From positions 3,038,001-3,102,000 of the forward strand of contig NC_092350.1 of NCBI RefSeq assembly GCF_963676685.1: a DNA stretch of 64,000 bases, read 5' to 3'. Position numbers and translations under genes: made by a program. Under the pieces are notes generated by a model that was not told where the DNA came from, did no database searches, and saw nothing but the letters and a program-made list of their open reading frames with translations. Below, one piece after another: positions 1 to 12,243 of this stretch. Within the stretch, counting starts at the first letter, position 1, and the number at the start of each line of letters is the position of its first letter. This DNA comes from Mytilus edulis (Eukaryota).

Positions 1-580
1 TAAAGTAGGTTATCAAAAACATAACATGAATGATCCAAAAACGGAAAACCATGCTTAAAAACAATAAAATAAATAGGTCAGACAGTAACCTGCTATTACC
101 ACTGACTTTCAGGACTAAGGCAATACACATAAGGATTTGGAGTGGTTAAACATGTTCCTCCGGCTTATTTAGGACAATTGTGTGACGAGACACTGAACGT
201 CTCGTTAAAGATAAACTTAATTTGCTACCAAAATCAAAGAACAGGGTAAGGATTAGAAAAAAAGTTTATTATTTTGTTTTTGCATTTTTCCCAAAATAAA
301 ATAAAATAGTAAAGCAGTATACATGTTTCTTTCTTTTTCCATTGAAATTATCATTACGATCAATAATTATGAATGAAAATATAGATTTAAAGGAAAATAT
401 ATCAAAATTAAAAAATAAAAATTGAAAGACAGTATTACTTTATTGATGGAATTATTAGAATCTATTATAACTACATTTATGCTGTCAATGTATTTCTGAT
501 TGAAGAAGTGATCAATCAACAACTATTTATGAAACAATAATCAAACAAAATAAATCTAATCCGAATTTTAATACATAATC

Positions 581-1135
581 GAACTATTTGCCACTGGACA
601 TAAAGATATAAATAATAACTATTTATTAAATAGTAAACAAAATTAATTTAATCTTGAAATGAATGAAATATTGGACACGGGTTATTAAGAAATTAATAGT
701 AACAATTTATCAAATACCAAGCATACAAAATTGATTTTATCCTAATATATGAATGAACTATTTGCCACTGGACATAAAGATATAAATAATAACTATTTAT
801 TAAATAGTAAACAAAATTAATTTAATCTTGAAATGAATGAAATATTGGACACGGGTTATTAAGAAATTAATAGTAACAATTTATCAAATACCAAGCATAC
901 AAAATTGATTTTATCCTAATATATGAATGAACTATTTGCCACTGGACACTAAGATACATTGTATAAACAATAAACTAATAACTTACTAATCCTAATATAT
1001 GAATGAAGTATTTGCTACTGGACGTTAAGATATATATAACAGATTTATAACTTACTAATCTTAATATATGGATGAACTATTTGCCACTGGACATTAAGAT
1101 ATATATATATATATATAATAAATTGATAACTTACC
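581..1135. repeat. Compound tandem repeat: two 174-bp units followed by ~70-76-bp units, all sharing the core GAACTATTTGCCACTGGAC
   Basis: Core motif at 581, 755, 929, 1005 and 1074. 581-754 and 755-928 look identical. Confidence 0.85.
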
Positions 1136-1238
1136 TATCATGTGTATCATTATCATATTGGAAGTTTGTAAAATAAACAAACAAATTCTTGCACAAACTC
1201 TCGAGATAAGTTAGAATGAACTTTACCAATTGGGCGGC

Positions 1239-1450
1239 GGCATTAATTTTAGCAACACGATGGAATGTCACGTTCCAGACGACTTCAAAACATTTTTGTC
1301 GTATATTTCTTTGATCAGATGATGTAGAATTATAATGTTGCCCAATACCTACTTAATTCTCATTGGTTATTGAAGTGTCAACATTAAAATAAGTGCTGGG
1401 AAATTATGTGCAGTGGTAGATTACTTAAATTATGATTTAAATATAATGTG
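1239..1450. repeat. ~210-bp dispersed element, copy 1 (copy 2 at 8788-8998)
   Basis: Both copies begin GGCATTAATTTTAGCAACACGATGGAATGTCACGTTCCAGACGAC and stay collinear for ~210 bp. Confidence 0.8.
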
Positions 1451-1712
1451 CTATTACCCTCTCGGAGAAAGTACAGATAATTATACTCTAAGATTTTTCA
1501 TTCACACATTTTAAGTCATTTGACATTTTTATTTAAAATGAATCTCTCCTCTAATTCATAACTATTTTGATACAATTTCCTGTGAAAACATTGATTTTAC
1601 AAAATACCTTACATTTTCAATCCACTTTATTAATTTTATGCTATAAAAATACGCATACAGACAACTAATATATAAAGTTTTAAAACAAACAAAACTCCTT
1701 TCAACACTAAGG

Positions 1713-2217
1713 AAGCCGGATACGGTCAATTTCCTGACTTGGACCGGCAAAGTTCCTGACTTGAGACAGTCAAAGTTCCTGACTTTGACCGGCACGGTTC
1801 CTTACTTTGGATATGAAAAATTACTAACTCGGGACGGCAAAATTCCTTACTTGGGACAGGCAATGTTATTGACTTGGGACAGATATGTTTCCTGACTTAG
1901 GACAGATATGTTTCCTGACTTGTGACGGCAAGGTTCCTGACTTGTGACGGCAAGGTTCTTGACTTTAGACAGGCAAGGTTCCTGACTTGGGACATGTACA
2001 TTTCCTGACTTAGAACAGGTAATGTTCCTGACTTGGGACAGGCAAGATTCCTGACTTAGGACAGGCAAGGTTACTAACTTTGGACATGAAAGGTTACTAA
2101 CTTGGGACGGCAAGTCTCCCTACTTGGGACAGGCAAGGTGTCTGACTTCGGACCGGCAAATTTCCTGACTTGGAACGGCAATGTTTCTGACTTGGGACAG
2201 GCAAGGTTCCTGACTTC
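1713..2217. repeat. 23-bp minisatellite, ~22 copies, consensus about TTCCTGACTTGGGACAGGCAAGG
   Basis: CCTGACT recurs at 1981, 2004, 2027 and onward (period 23). Confidence 0.9.
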
Positions 2218-2884
2218 ATTACTATTGATGTGCATACTAATTTAAATAGATGTCAAATTTTTATATTAAAAAAAAGCTGTTCACATATTATTTTGGCGTC
2301 TGAAGAATTTACAGTTAAAATTGAAAAATATCGGCCAACTCCTCGAGCTTATATTAAACAAGTCTTTGAGAGATCAAAAGAATTCTTATATATATTTTTC
2401 TTTATTGTAAAATCGTGCCATGCTAAAAGATTCCAACGTGAAAACACCAAAAAGATTATTACAGATATATATGTAAATCTGAGTAGTTTGTACTTTTCAT
2501 AAACAACTTATTAAAACAAATTAAATGATCAAAGAACGGTGACACCCGGTCAAACCTATAAAAATAAATGCAAACGAGTTCATATCTTACATATATTATG
2601 TCTATTACAGCATTTTATGTATATTTTGATGGTAAATATATATTAATTCTCAACGTGAAAACAGCGGGTCACTTTTACTAGTAGAGAAATACTAAAGCCA
2701 TTAGGTTGTAAATATAATTGGTGACGTATGCTTTGACCTAGTAACTCTATTTTAGAAATCGGTGAAGTGTCGAATAAAAATGTAAATAAAGAAGCGGCAT
2801 CATAGTTTCCTATCATAATGCATCACGAAAACTTGTAAATCTATTCGTAATATGTCAACTAAATGTTCAGCGCTCACAAACGTG

Positions 2885-3185
2885 GCTAAGTCCGCCATAT
2901 TCCTTGTGTTCCTGTCCAAAGTCAGGGACCAGTAGTTCAGTGGTTGTCGTGGGTTTATGTCTGGCATATTTGTTTTCGTTAATTGTTCTGCTATAAATTA
3001 TGTCGTAAATTTTCTTGTACACTTTTTCAAATATTTTTTATGTTGGAGCCTTTTATAGCCGACTAAACGGTATGTGTTTTTCTCATCATTGAAAATTATA
3101 CAGTTGCATATCATAATCAAACAATTTGAACTCTAATGAATTAATATCTGTCTTATTCGCAATCATACCACATCTCTCTTTTTTT
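2885..3185 (+). mobile_element. Degenerate copy of short interspersed repeat family A (related to Penelope-like/Naiad 3' tails)
   Basis: Contains CCTGTCCAAAGTCAGG...CAGTGGTTGTCG...GCAATCATACCACATCT, shared with copies at 11330, 18110, 27195, 55990(-) and 62240. Confidence 0.65.
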
Positions 3186-3360
3186 TTTAACATAAAAGAA
3201 AAAAATGTAATAAAATATCGTACATTTCTAATAAGGAAATACCGGTTGAGTCGACATTGTAAGCGTCTGCTGCTACATATGCAAGCATTCCATATCTTGT
3301 AAATGTTGTCAGGATATCATAATAGAGAACAGTAGACAAATAAGTACACAGCTTATTGAT

Positions 3361-3831
3361 TAACAAGAATGTGTCCAAAGTACACGGATGCCTACTCACA
3401 CTATCATTTATATGTTCAGTGGACCGTGAAATTTGGGTCAATACTTTGATTTGGCATAAAAATTTGAAAGATCATATCATAGGGAACATGTGTACTAAGT
3501 GTCAAGTTGATTGGACTTCAACTTCATCAAAAACTACCTTGACCACAAACTGTAACCAAAACTTTAACCTGAGCTTCGCACTATCTTTTTCTTTGTTCAG
3601 TGGACCGTGAAATTGGGGTCAATACTTTAATGTGGCATTAAAGTTAGAAAGATCATATCATAGGGAAAATGTGTACTAAGCTTCAAGAGTTGATTGGACT
3701 TCAACTTCATCAAAAACTATCTTGACCAAAAACTTTAACGTGAAGCGTTACGAACGGACGAACAGACGGAAGAACGGACGCACAGACCAGAAAACCTAAT
3801 GCCCCTCTTCTATCGTAGTTGGGGCATAAAA
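3361..3831 (-). mobile_element. Non-autonomous Helentron/HINE (pearl/DINE-like) element
   Basis: Terminal hairpin ATGCCCC...GGGGCAT (~3799-3827), a (GGAC/GAAC)n microsatellite at 3751-3780, and two ~180-bp core repeats (TGTTCAGTGGACCGTGAAATT at 3413 and 3594). Confidence 0.7.
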
Positions 3832-4141
3832 ACGTCTAAAGGTAGGAACACGTTAGAATGGTCATGTATCCGTACCGTACATGCAGATTTGAAGACTACT
3901 GTGTCTTCGTCATTGAATTAACCAAAACAAACATGAATGTGTATTTCCTATTTAAGAAAAGTTATCCAGGAAAATCAGCTAGAACTAAAAAAGACTTAAG
4001 TATACATATTTTCAAACTTTTATTATAAATATGAAAAAAATTATTATTCCTAGAAACATTGTTACAAATGTAACGCAATGGATTTCTTTGTTTAAATTGT
4101 GTATACTGCCTAAATATCATCTTGAGTTTATAAACACGTGA

Positions 4142-4740
4142 TCACAACCAACCATTGCCAACTTGTCTGTTTGTTTCTAACTGGCTTCGTCTTTCATTGA
4201 AAATTTGGTCGAATCTGTTATTTCTGTCAATATTTGTTCTCCTGTCAATATTTGTATCAAATCTGTTTCTTCTATCAAGATTCGTATCAAATCTATTTCC
4301 AATTCTACCATCTAAATTTGACGTTTGTCCTAGTACGTTTAAAAAATCATTACCCAAACTATCAACGAATCGTCCACCTATTCTTTGGTTTCTATTTTGA
4401 AATCCACCATCTTGCCACTGAGAACCGCCCTGCCATCTATCTAAATTATCTCCCCTGCCGCTATTGCAAATGTCAATGTCACAGCCTCTACACCTCACGC
4501 CATGTTCAAATTCGATTGTTTCTTGTACACACTGTGGTGGTATTATCTGTAGAGTACACGGTTTGTTGCATTGAAGCAGTTTGTTGCTAGGTAGCACGGC
4601 ATGATCAGTGGGTATATGGATTGGATCTTTAACAAACCCATTGCCGTTTGATATATGGACGGGATCTTTCAGAAATCCATGATCCTGGGGTCTAACCACG
4701 GAAGTATGTTTGGTCTTTTTGTGATAGCCATAGCTGCGAC
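4142..4740 (-). CDS. Cluster gene 1, exon 2: secreted 6-Cys-module protein with RGD and an Asn/Arg/Asp/Gly-rich tail (217 aa spliced)
   Basis: Acceptor ttttgtAG at 4741-4742. Phase-1 junction reads G|GT-CGC-AGC (GRSYGYHKKTKHTS) in frame with ORF 4142-4699. AATAAA at 4019-4024(-). Paralogous to genes 2-4. Confidence 0.9.
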
Positions 4741-4817
4741 CTACAAAATAAAAATGTTATTTTATTTGTATTATTTAAATTATTCTAGCAGTGTTGATGT
4801 GACAATTCATATTTATA

Positions 4818-4842
4818 TGTGTGTGTGTGTGTGTGTGTGTGT
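4818..4842. repeat. (GT)n microsatellite in the gene 1 intron
   Basis: About 12 TG dinucleotides. Confidence 0.9.
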
Positions 4843-5242
4843 GAAATGGATTGTAAAACAATAGATGTACATATATGGTTATAATTAATGATAAACCGAT
4901 AAGTACAATCAGTGTGTCCGAAGCAGTCAAACGCCATCACTGTTGAGACGTTTGACACAATAAAACCTAAACTATTTTTTTTAATGTAACTTACACGAAA
5001 ATTCTCTATTTTTACTAGTGTCAACAGCGTTTAAAATATTTCTATAATTTTGTAGGTTATCAATGTTTTTCTTTTCATTTTTTGTTTGTTATCCTACGTC
5101 TACATTAATATTAAACAGACCAAAATAAGTATTATTTTTTTTTTCAAAATAACTTTCTATTATTTTTTTTTACACTACACGTGACTTCAATTTACATATT
5201 CACAAAATAAAACATTAACATTACAGATGTTGTAATTCATAC

Positions 5243-5297
5243 CTTGAACTGAGCATAGAGAGACAAATAGAAACGTGCAACAAATAAGTGACTTCAT
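5243..5297 (-). CDS. Cluster gene 1, exon 1: signal peptide MKSLICCTFLFVSLCSVQ(G)
   Basis: ATG at 5297, 55-nt coding exon, donor G|GTATGA at 5242, hydrophobic core ending VQG. Confidence 0.9.
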
Positions 5298-5344
5298 GTT
5301 AACTGTATATTGTAAACTGATACACAATCTACAAAACCATGTTT

Positions 5345-5603
5345 CTTTTATACCATACAAAATAAATGTCCTTAATCGTAACGTATACGCAGTGATTGTA
5401 TTGTAATGGATGAAAGTTAGTGTAAACGTCATTGAATTTGACAGACAATGACACCTATATTGTCATTGTAACATTTTTATGACATTTTTATGGATTACGG
5501 ACAACGATGAGCGAATACGGTATCAGTAATATGTAATGAGTGACGTATGAGATACAGTAACGTACTCTATGTAATGAGTGACGTATGAGATACAGTAACG
5601 TAC
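5345..5603 (-). promoter_or_regulatory. Gene 1 promoter: TATA box plus upstream motifs shared with paralogs
   Basis: TATAAAAG at 5345-5352(-). ACGTCA at 5426-5431. GCGAATACGGTATCA at 5511-5525 is identical to gene 2 (14309-14323). Confidence 0.7.
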
Positions 5604-6894
5604 CCTCCCTCACATAACATGTTTCTGAATCCACCGTTTTTATAGTCTTTATCATTTATCGTACATTTGATACAAAAATATCGAACTCAAAGGAAAACTC
5701 AAAACGAAAATGTTTTCATCAAAGATCGTCTAATTGGAAATTTACAGGCTCAAACACATCACACGAATGGAAAAAAATGTTATATTCCTGATTTGGTACG
5801 GGCAAGAAGTTCGATTTAATAAGTTTAATGTTATTTAGCATTGAATATTTTGATCTTGCCTCTAAACGGAAACCTTAATTTGATTGGTCATCCTATGCGG
5901 CCATTGCATGTTGTGAACGTGCTGATATATACAATTTTTTGGGCTCTGTGATTTAGCTGAATTAACGTTCATCCAAATGACCAATGAAAACAATCGGTCG
6001 TTTGTGGTTCCTTCGATTAATAGTATTGCAAATATACTAGCGGAAATATAAACGTTGCAACCTTTACCAAACTGTCGTATTTTTTTTACCAACCTAAAGC
6101 TAAATATTATGATATTTAATCATCTTGTTAATCTCTGCGATATTGGTTAAACACATCCTCAGTTTGTATGTGTACACAACTGTTTTATGTGAGTCCTTTG
6201 TGGAACATAGTATAAACATTTCTTCTTTCTTTCTTCTTTTTTTTGCAAGGAAAGCAATGTTGTTATTTTTAAATAAATAAATATACCTTTTCGCACAGCT
6301 ATGAACATGGAGCAGTCTGTCTTTGTGGTGGTGCGTTCTATAATTTGGCTACGACAGCTACGATTCATGTATATGGCAAACTCAGGTGATAATCATCCAG
6401 ACATCGGAATCACTTCAGCAATCAAATGTGTTTCTGGTAACATGTTCAACCGAAAACAACAGCGCTTAAGTTTAATATTTGTGCCATATCCTAGACAGTG
6501 TCTGAAAGCATTCAAGATATTCTCAAATGATAAAACGACGATATAATATCACCTTATTATAAAGATTTAATAATTCATGTAAGCAGTTTTGTCTTTTGTA
6601 TCGTGTTTTGTTTTTCTCTCTTGTTAATTTTTTTTTTTTTGCTTTTGTTATTTTTTCTTCTTCTGCTATGCGAATCTGAGCTGGGATTCTTTCCGTTGTG
6701 TTCTATAATTAAAGCGTTATTGTTTATGTGTTTACTGTCAGCATACATGTGTATTGTATATGTTAGAAAGGAACAACTTGATATAAGTTGCCATCCAATC
6801 GTAGTGCTACATGAAGATATCATTAAATCAAAATAAAAAAGTATCATGTGTTCATAAACAATGACGAATAAAAAAAATCTTACTTTCCAAAAAT

Positions 6895-7095
6895 GGGACG
6901 AAAGATAGAAAGATAGATCGAAAATAAACTGAGAATGCCATGGCTAAAAATAAAAAGACAAACAGACAAATAATAGTACAGAAGACATAACATTGAAAAC
7001 TAAAGACTAAGCAACACGAACTCCACCAAAAACTGGGGGTGATCTCGGGTGCTCCTGAACGGAAGGCAGATCCTGCTCCACATGTGGCAACCTAT
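6895..7095 (-). mobile_element. Isolated 3' tail of a Naiad-type Penelope-like element (structured tail family C)
   Basis: Reverse complement matches the tail at 25765-25950 (CCACATGTGGAGCAGGATCTGC...TTTAGCCATGGC). Confidence 0.7.
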
Positions 7096-7869
7096 TTGAA
7101 TTATAACATTTTTTCAAGAATCTGAATTGCAATGATGCCAGGTTATGTTATAATAAATTGACATATATCCAGAAATGCACGGTGTTTCCGTTAGTATAGT
7201 ATAATGTAGTTCGTTGATGGTTCGTTTGGTAAACTTGTGCCCACCAGGTACTGTAACTTGATTTTCAAAATTTCGGTGTTCTATTATTATCATGGTTATA
7301 ATTATGGTTTACTTTGGGGTTTTCCCGAATATTGTCTTTGATTTTCTTGTGTTGTTTCAAACCTTGACTCTCAAATGGCTTGAGACGAGTTTCGGGTGAT
7401 ATCTAACTTTCTAACCCCTTTTTACCATCACAAGTTTAATCAATATCCATTCAGAGACCAATTAAAACATAACCATTCCATTGTTTTGTGTTATATTGTT
7501 ACATGTCTATTTGACTCATACTTTATTATTTCATAAATGCACTAAATCGTGTACACTTCTTGAACAGAGAACAAACATTTTATAATTTAAAGTACCATCA
7601 ATTTGTCAATTAACTTTTTTTTCCAAAAGGAGCGTATAGTATGTTGTCGAGGAATTAATATGGAGGTTTCCGAAAGGAGCTTCGGTTGTCTTATTATAAA
7701 TGTATATGTATTGTTGTTCTGTTTTTACAGAAAAATATAACATAACTTGAATTTTATATATTGAGGTATACCCCCAAATTGATTTTCAGTTTAAAAATCT
7801 TATGATTTTTTGTTTTTTTTAAATTTAAGAAAGTTGAAGACATGCCAAGTTGTTTCAATCTTATTACTG

Positions 7870-8098
7870 TAAGGGACGACATCAAAAGTTCAATGTAGGA
7901 TTAAAAAAAAAGCTTAATTCATATAGTTTTTTCACTAACCCCCTACCTCCCCCCCCCCCTTTTTTTTTTCTTAATTTAATTTGGGAAAATTGATTGACCT
8001 AAATCGATGTCAATCAAACAAAACTTTTGACCCCACCCCCAATCTATTTGATTTAAGTTTTTTTTATCCTTCTTCATTCATTTTTTTTGTCGTCCGTA
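7870..8098. mobile_element. Small MITE-like element
   Basis: Imperfect terminal inverted repeats TAAGGGACGACATCAAAA and TTTTTTTGTCGTCCGTA. Confidence 0.4.
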
Positions 8099-8787
8099 TT
8101 AAAGCGGTATATATTTCCTGGAAGTTTGTGGACGGTAGATTGGTATACTGGACCCCTGATGTTGTTTCGCTCTCAATCATCGGGTGACCAGTTTAGGTAG
8201 ATCGGGTGTCTTTCTTTGAGCAACAGTTTTCTGATATGTTGCAAAACTATTTTTTTATAAATATATTGTAAGTATCATACGCATTCAGTATACAACAAAA
8301 GCATCTACAAGTAAATCGTGCAATATAAAACATAAAGTGTGGTTAAGTGTGTTCAAAATTATCATAAAAATCCTGATAAAATTATGGCAGATAATTGTTT
8401 TGATTTTAAAAGGGCAATTTGTGGGTTTGATTTTTTTTTTCAATCAAAAAATGCCCCTGATCCCCATTTTTTTTTTTATTTTCAAAATATTTATGAAAAG
8501 CAATTCTCTGATTGAATTTTGAATAATTAGATCGTGTAGTATTCCTCAATGTAAAGAAAATATTAATTTTCTGCCATATGGGCAATAATAATAACTGATT
8601 TCTTTAATTTCAATGTATTCTAATGTAAAACAAGGTTTGACAGTGTGACACCTATATTTAATAATACAATTTAAAAGTACATTGACCTAGAAGTATTTAA
8701 CAGATGTTGAAGACAATTCTACTGTCGAACACTAAGAAATCCCAGCTGCCTTAATGTGAAAAATCTGTGAACGAAAAGAAAAACAAA

Positions 8788-8998
8788 GGCATTAATTTTA
8801 GCAACACGATGGAATGTCACGTTCCAGACGACTCTAAAATATTATTGTCGTATATTTCTTTGATATCATGATGTAGAATTATAATGTTATCCAATACCTA
8901 GTTTATGTTCATTGGTTATTGAAGTTGTTACATGTTGTCAAGTGTCGAGAAATTAGTTTCAGTGGTAGATCACTTTAATTATGATTGGATATAATGTT
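8788..8998. repeat. ~210-bp dispersed element, copy 2 (copy 1 at 1239-1450)
   Basis: Collinear match to 1239-1450. Confidence 0.8.
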
Positions 8999-9038
8999 CC
9001 TTACAATAAACCCTTCGTTCATTTTTACATTCATTCAT

Positions 9039-9127
9039 CGCAGGCACTTGTTTCTATCCATGGGAAGAATCACTCGTAAATATACGTTGAAAGTGGGTCT
9101 TCCCATGGATAGAAACAAGTGCCTGTG
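9039..9127. mobile_element. 89-bp foldback MITE / long hairpin
   Basis: Perfect 28-bp inverted repeat at 9041-9068 and 9098-9125. TCATTCAT flanks both sides (9031-9038, 9128-9135) and may be an 8-bp TSD. Confidence 0.75.
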
Positions 9128-10339
9128 TCATTCATTCATTCATATATAATTGTCGATCTGCTCTTGAAGCGTCACATATCTTATTTCAATTTTTTGTTAA
9201 AATATAGATTTTACATTTTCAAATTGTATAGAAATACCAACATTTTTCCATGAAATAATTCTTAGTCAAGTTTTAAGTATTCTATAGCATTATATGAAGT
9301 GTATACATGTTTGTCCGTATAAAATTTCCTTCACAACAAAAGATTGACCTAATGCGGATCCAGGATTCCATAAATGAGAGGGGGGAACTAAAGAAAATTT
9401 TAGTGGTATAGGTAAAAAGTCTGGACTAATTACAAATGATGCTCCACGAGGAGGAGCCCGGGAACCCAGGCACCCCTCCTTAGTCCGCCTCTGTTGAAGA
9501 AACCTAAACGAAACCGTGGCCAAAAGAATAAAGCTTAGGGCCACGAGCACATGATACGCCTGTCGCTCATTCAAAGAATAAAAAACCAAAACTCCTCAAT
9601 GTCATATCAAAAATATATAGTATATATAAAAAAAACTGAAGGGAGTTTATTTTAATAGATATAAACCAGTCATCCAAATTTGGTTAAACTGCTCAAAACA
9701 CGTTTGAGTTGTCAGAAAACCGGAAAATCCCGCCCTTTTAACAAATAACATCCCATAGCTCCCATAAATTAAGCTTCAAAGGTGAGCTTATGTGAAAAGA
9801 TATCAACGCTTAACCAAAGTTTCACAAAAACTGTTCAAAGCATTTTTAAATACTCGTCTGAGAACTGGAAAATAGCCCTTTTAGAATGAATAAAGCTCCA
9901 TAACTCGGACACGTAAAATCTTTAAAAAAATCGACATATTTACGACGTACGGACGAACAACGGTATATAATAATACGTCCCGGTAATAGGCGTATAGAAA
10001 GAAAAGTAAGGAAAACAGTCAATGATACACGTCACTTAAACTACAGCTGTATCAAGGATCCGACAAAAAACGTATCAAATTGAGGGTTTGGATTGTTAAA
10101 CACATTTTGATGCTCTAATGGTTGCACCCGTCCTGTTGAATATAAAAGGTCAAATTCCGGTTAAATGTAGCATTCAAAGATAAATTCATATAAAACGAGG
10201 AAAGAACAGATTAACTGAAGGCAATAACAATCAAAAGCAAGGAGTAAACACAGTTTATTTGATTTTTTTTATACGTTTTTGATACGTTATTTGGATGGAG
10301 AGCTGTCTCATCGGCACTCACACCACATCTTCCTATATC

Positions 10340-10735
10340 TCTCTTAAGACTCATAAAACCAAAAGACATTTACATCAACAGTGACAAATAATAAATAAGA
10401 AACAACACCACTAAAAACCGAGAGTGAAATCAGGTGCTCCGGAAGGGTAAGCATTTCCTGCACCGTATACGGCACCCATCGTGTTATTTCTTTGTTCAGT
10501 TCGGTAATGATGGAAGGTTATAATGAATGAGGAAGAATATCAGATATGATTTCTGACACACTTTTGTCATAATGGCCAATCAGCTCATGATGGCGACCGT
10601 AAAATTTATTAAGTGAGGACCTTAATTTAATTGATTCATAGCCCTGTCTTAGCAAATTTTGAGAAAGCTGTAGTCCTTGTTCAACAAAATCAACGTACTT
10701 TGAGCTAGCTCTAGAGTAACGTATCAATTGAGACA
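10340..10735 (-). mobile_element. 3' fragment of a Naiad-type Penelope-like retroelement (RT C-terminus plus structured tail)
   Basis: ORF reads SQLIRYSRA...LRQGYESIKLRSSLNKFYGRHHEL, homologous to the RT end at ~25520-25685. A family C tail follows at 10400-10490. Confidence 0.75.
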
Positions 10736-11099
10736 AAAATTCTTTTGTTTTTGAGGATATTTGCATTAATCGAGAGATAACCTCAACTTTGTTTTTTTAA
10801 CATACATTTATGTGTCAATTTTAGGTTTTATATGCCCATACAGGTTTCATACTTTTGATGGTCTGTTTTATTGATTATTCTTCTGTAGACAAAACAATAT
10901 TTCTTAGGATTTGTTATTAAATTATGTTCTCCAAGGGAAGTAATACAAACGTCATTAAATAATTTATCATACTTGAACTTTAATTATTTAAGAAAGTTTA
11001 ACAGATTTACTGTTCAATGGTTAAACATGTGTTTAGTATAACTATACATTTTTTTTACAGCTTAACATATTGTTTCATAGGAAAATTTGTGTACAGAAC

Positions 11100-11725
11100 C
11101 CATGTAGTCTTAGATGCATGATTGTTTTTATTAGTTGTTAGTGGTTTTTAACAAGCTGTCAGTAACTGCAAGTACTCTCAGATCTGTACGTTGTGTTTTT
11201 TGTTGTTGGGATATACAAGTACCCGGCCACGTCCACTCTGTGTAGTATTTCTATTGGTATCCATCTGATGAGTCAAGCCTTTTCAACTGATTTTCATACT
11301 TCGTTCTTATGTTGTTATGTTACACCACTGTCCCAGGTTAGGGGAGGTTTAGGATCCCGCTCATATGTTTACCCCCCCCCCCCGTCCACCCCCCCCCCCC
11401 CCCCACACACACACCACCACCACCACCACCACTACCACCACCACTACCACATTCTCTTTAAATGTGCCTGTCCCATATCAGAAGCCTGTAATTCAGTGGT
11501 TGTCGTTTGTTGATGTTTTACATATTTGTTTTTCGTTTATTTTTTATATAAATAAGGCCGTTAGTTTTCTTACTTGAATTGTTTTACATTTGTCATTTCG
11601 GAGCCTGACTATGCAGTAAGGGCTTTGCTCATTGTACGGTGACCTATAGTTGTTACTTTTGTGTGTCATTTGGTCTTTTGTGGGGAGTTGTCTCATTGGC
11701 AATTATACCATATCTTCTTTTTTTA
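11100..11725 (+). mobile_element. Interspersed repeat family A copy with an internal poly-C/(CAC)n expansion
   Basis: Family A motifs (GGATCCCGCT..ATGTTTA, TGTGCCTGTCCC, CAGTGGTTGTCGTTTG, GTCTCATTGGCAAT). Simple repeat at 11372-11450. Confidence 0.65.
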
Positions 11726-12243
11726 CATTAAAGTAAATATTGCCCTTGAACAGTTTTAACCATGAAAAAAAATGTCCGGTTGACACAATTTCATGGGGGA
11801 CATTTTTAAAACCTAGTAATGAACCTTATGCAAAGTTTGCCTACAAAACACTATATAAAAAATCTTTTAAAAAACTGTATGTTGATGTATATGTGTAGCG
11901 TTGGGTTAAGGTCTATTGAGCTTAAACTTAATCTAATTGTCATAACAAAATGGATGAAAACTTTAAACATCTAGGCAGTTTTGGCAATTTGAAACTTGGT
12001 ATGCAGTTTGGGTTTTGCTCATTGTTGAAGGCTGTAGGATGACCTATAATTGTTATATGTACGTCATTTACTCTATGGTGGAAAATTTCTTCTTGGCAAT
12101 CTTGCCAATCTGATTGTTTGTATGACAAAAACCAATAAGTAAGAAATAGATCTTTACCCGTTTATTGATTATATAAAAATTGTACAGCAAAATACTCTGG
12201 ATTTCTAAATGTTTTACAAAATACTCAAATCTTCACCACGTGA

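Noticed and set aside
1562-2113. ORFs with repeated SQE/PKSG motifs
   Set aside because: Translations of the 23-bp minisatellite. The period is not a multiple of three.
9500-10000. A second Helentron-type element
   Set aside because: Only a GGAC remnant and a weak terminal hairpin remain. Too degenerate to set boundaries.
11262-11295. CTGATGAG as a fourth hammerhead
   Set aside because: No downstream GAAA, stem III or cleavage triplet.
11193-11577. Poly-Pro/His/Thr ORFs
   Set aside because: Translations of a poly-C/(CAC)n simple repeat inside an interspersed element.
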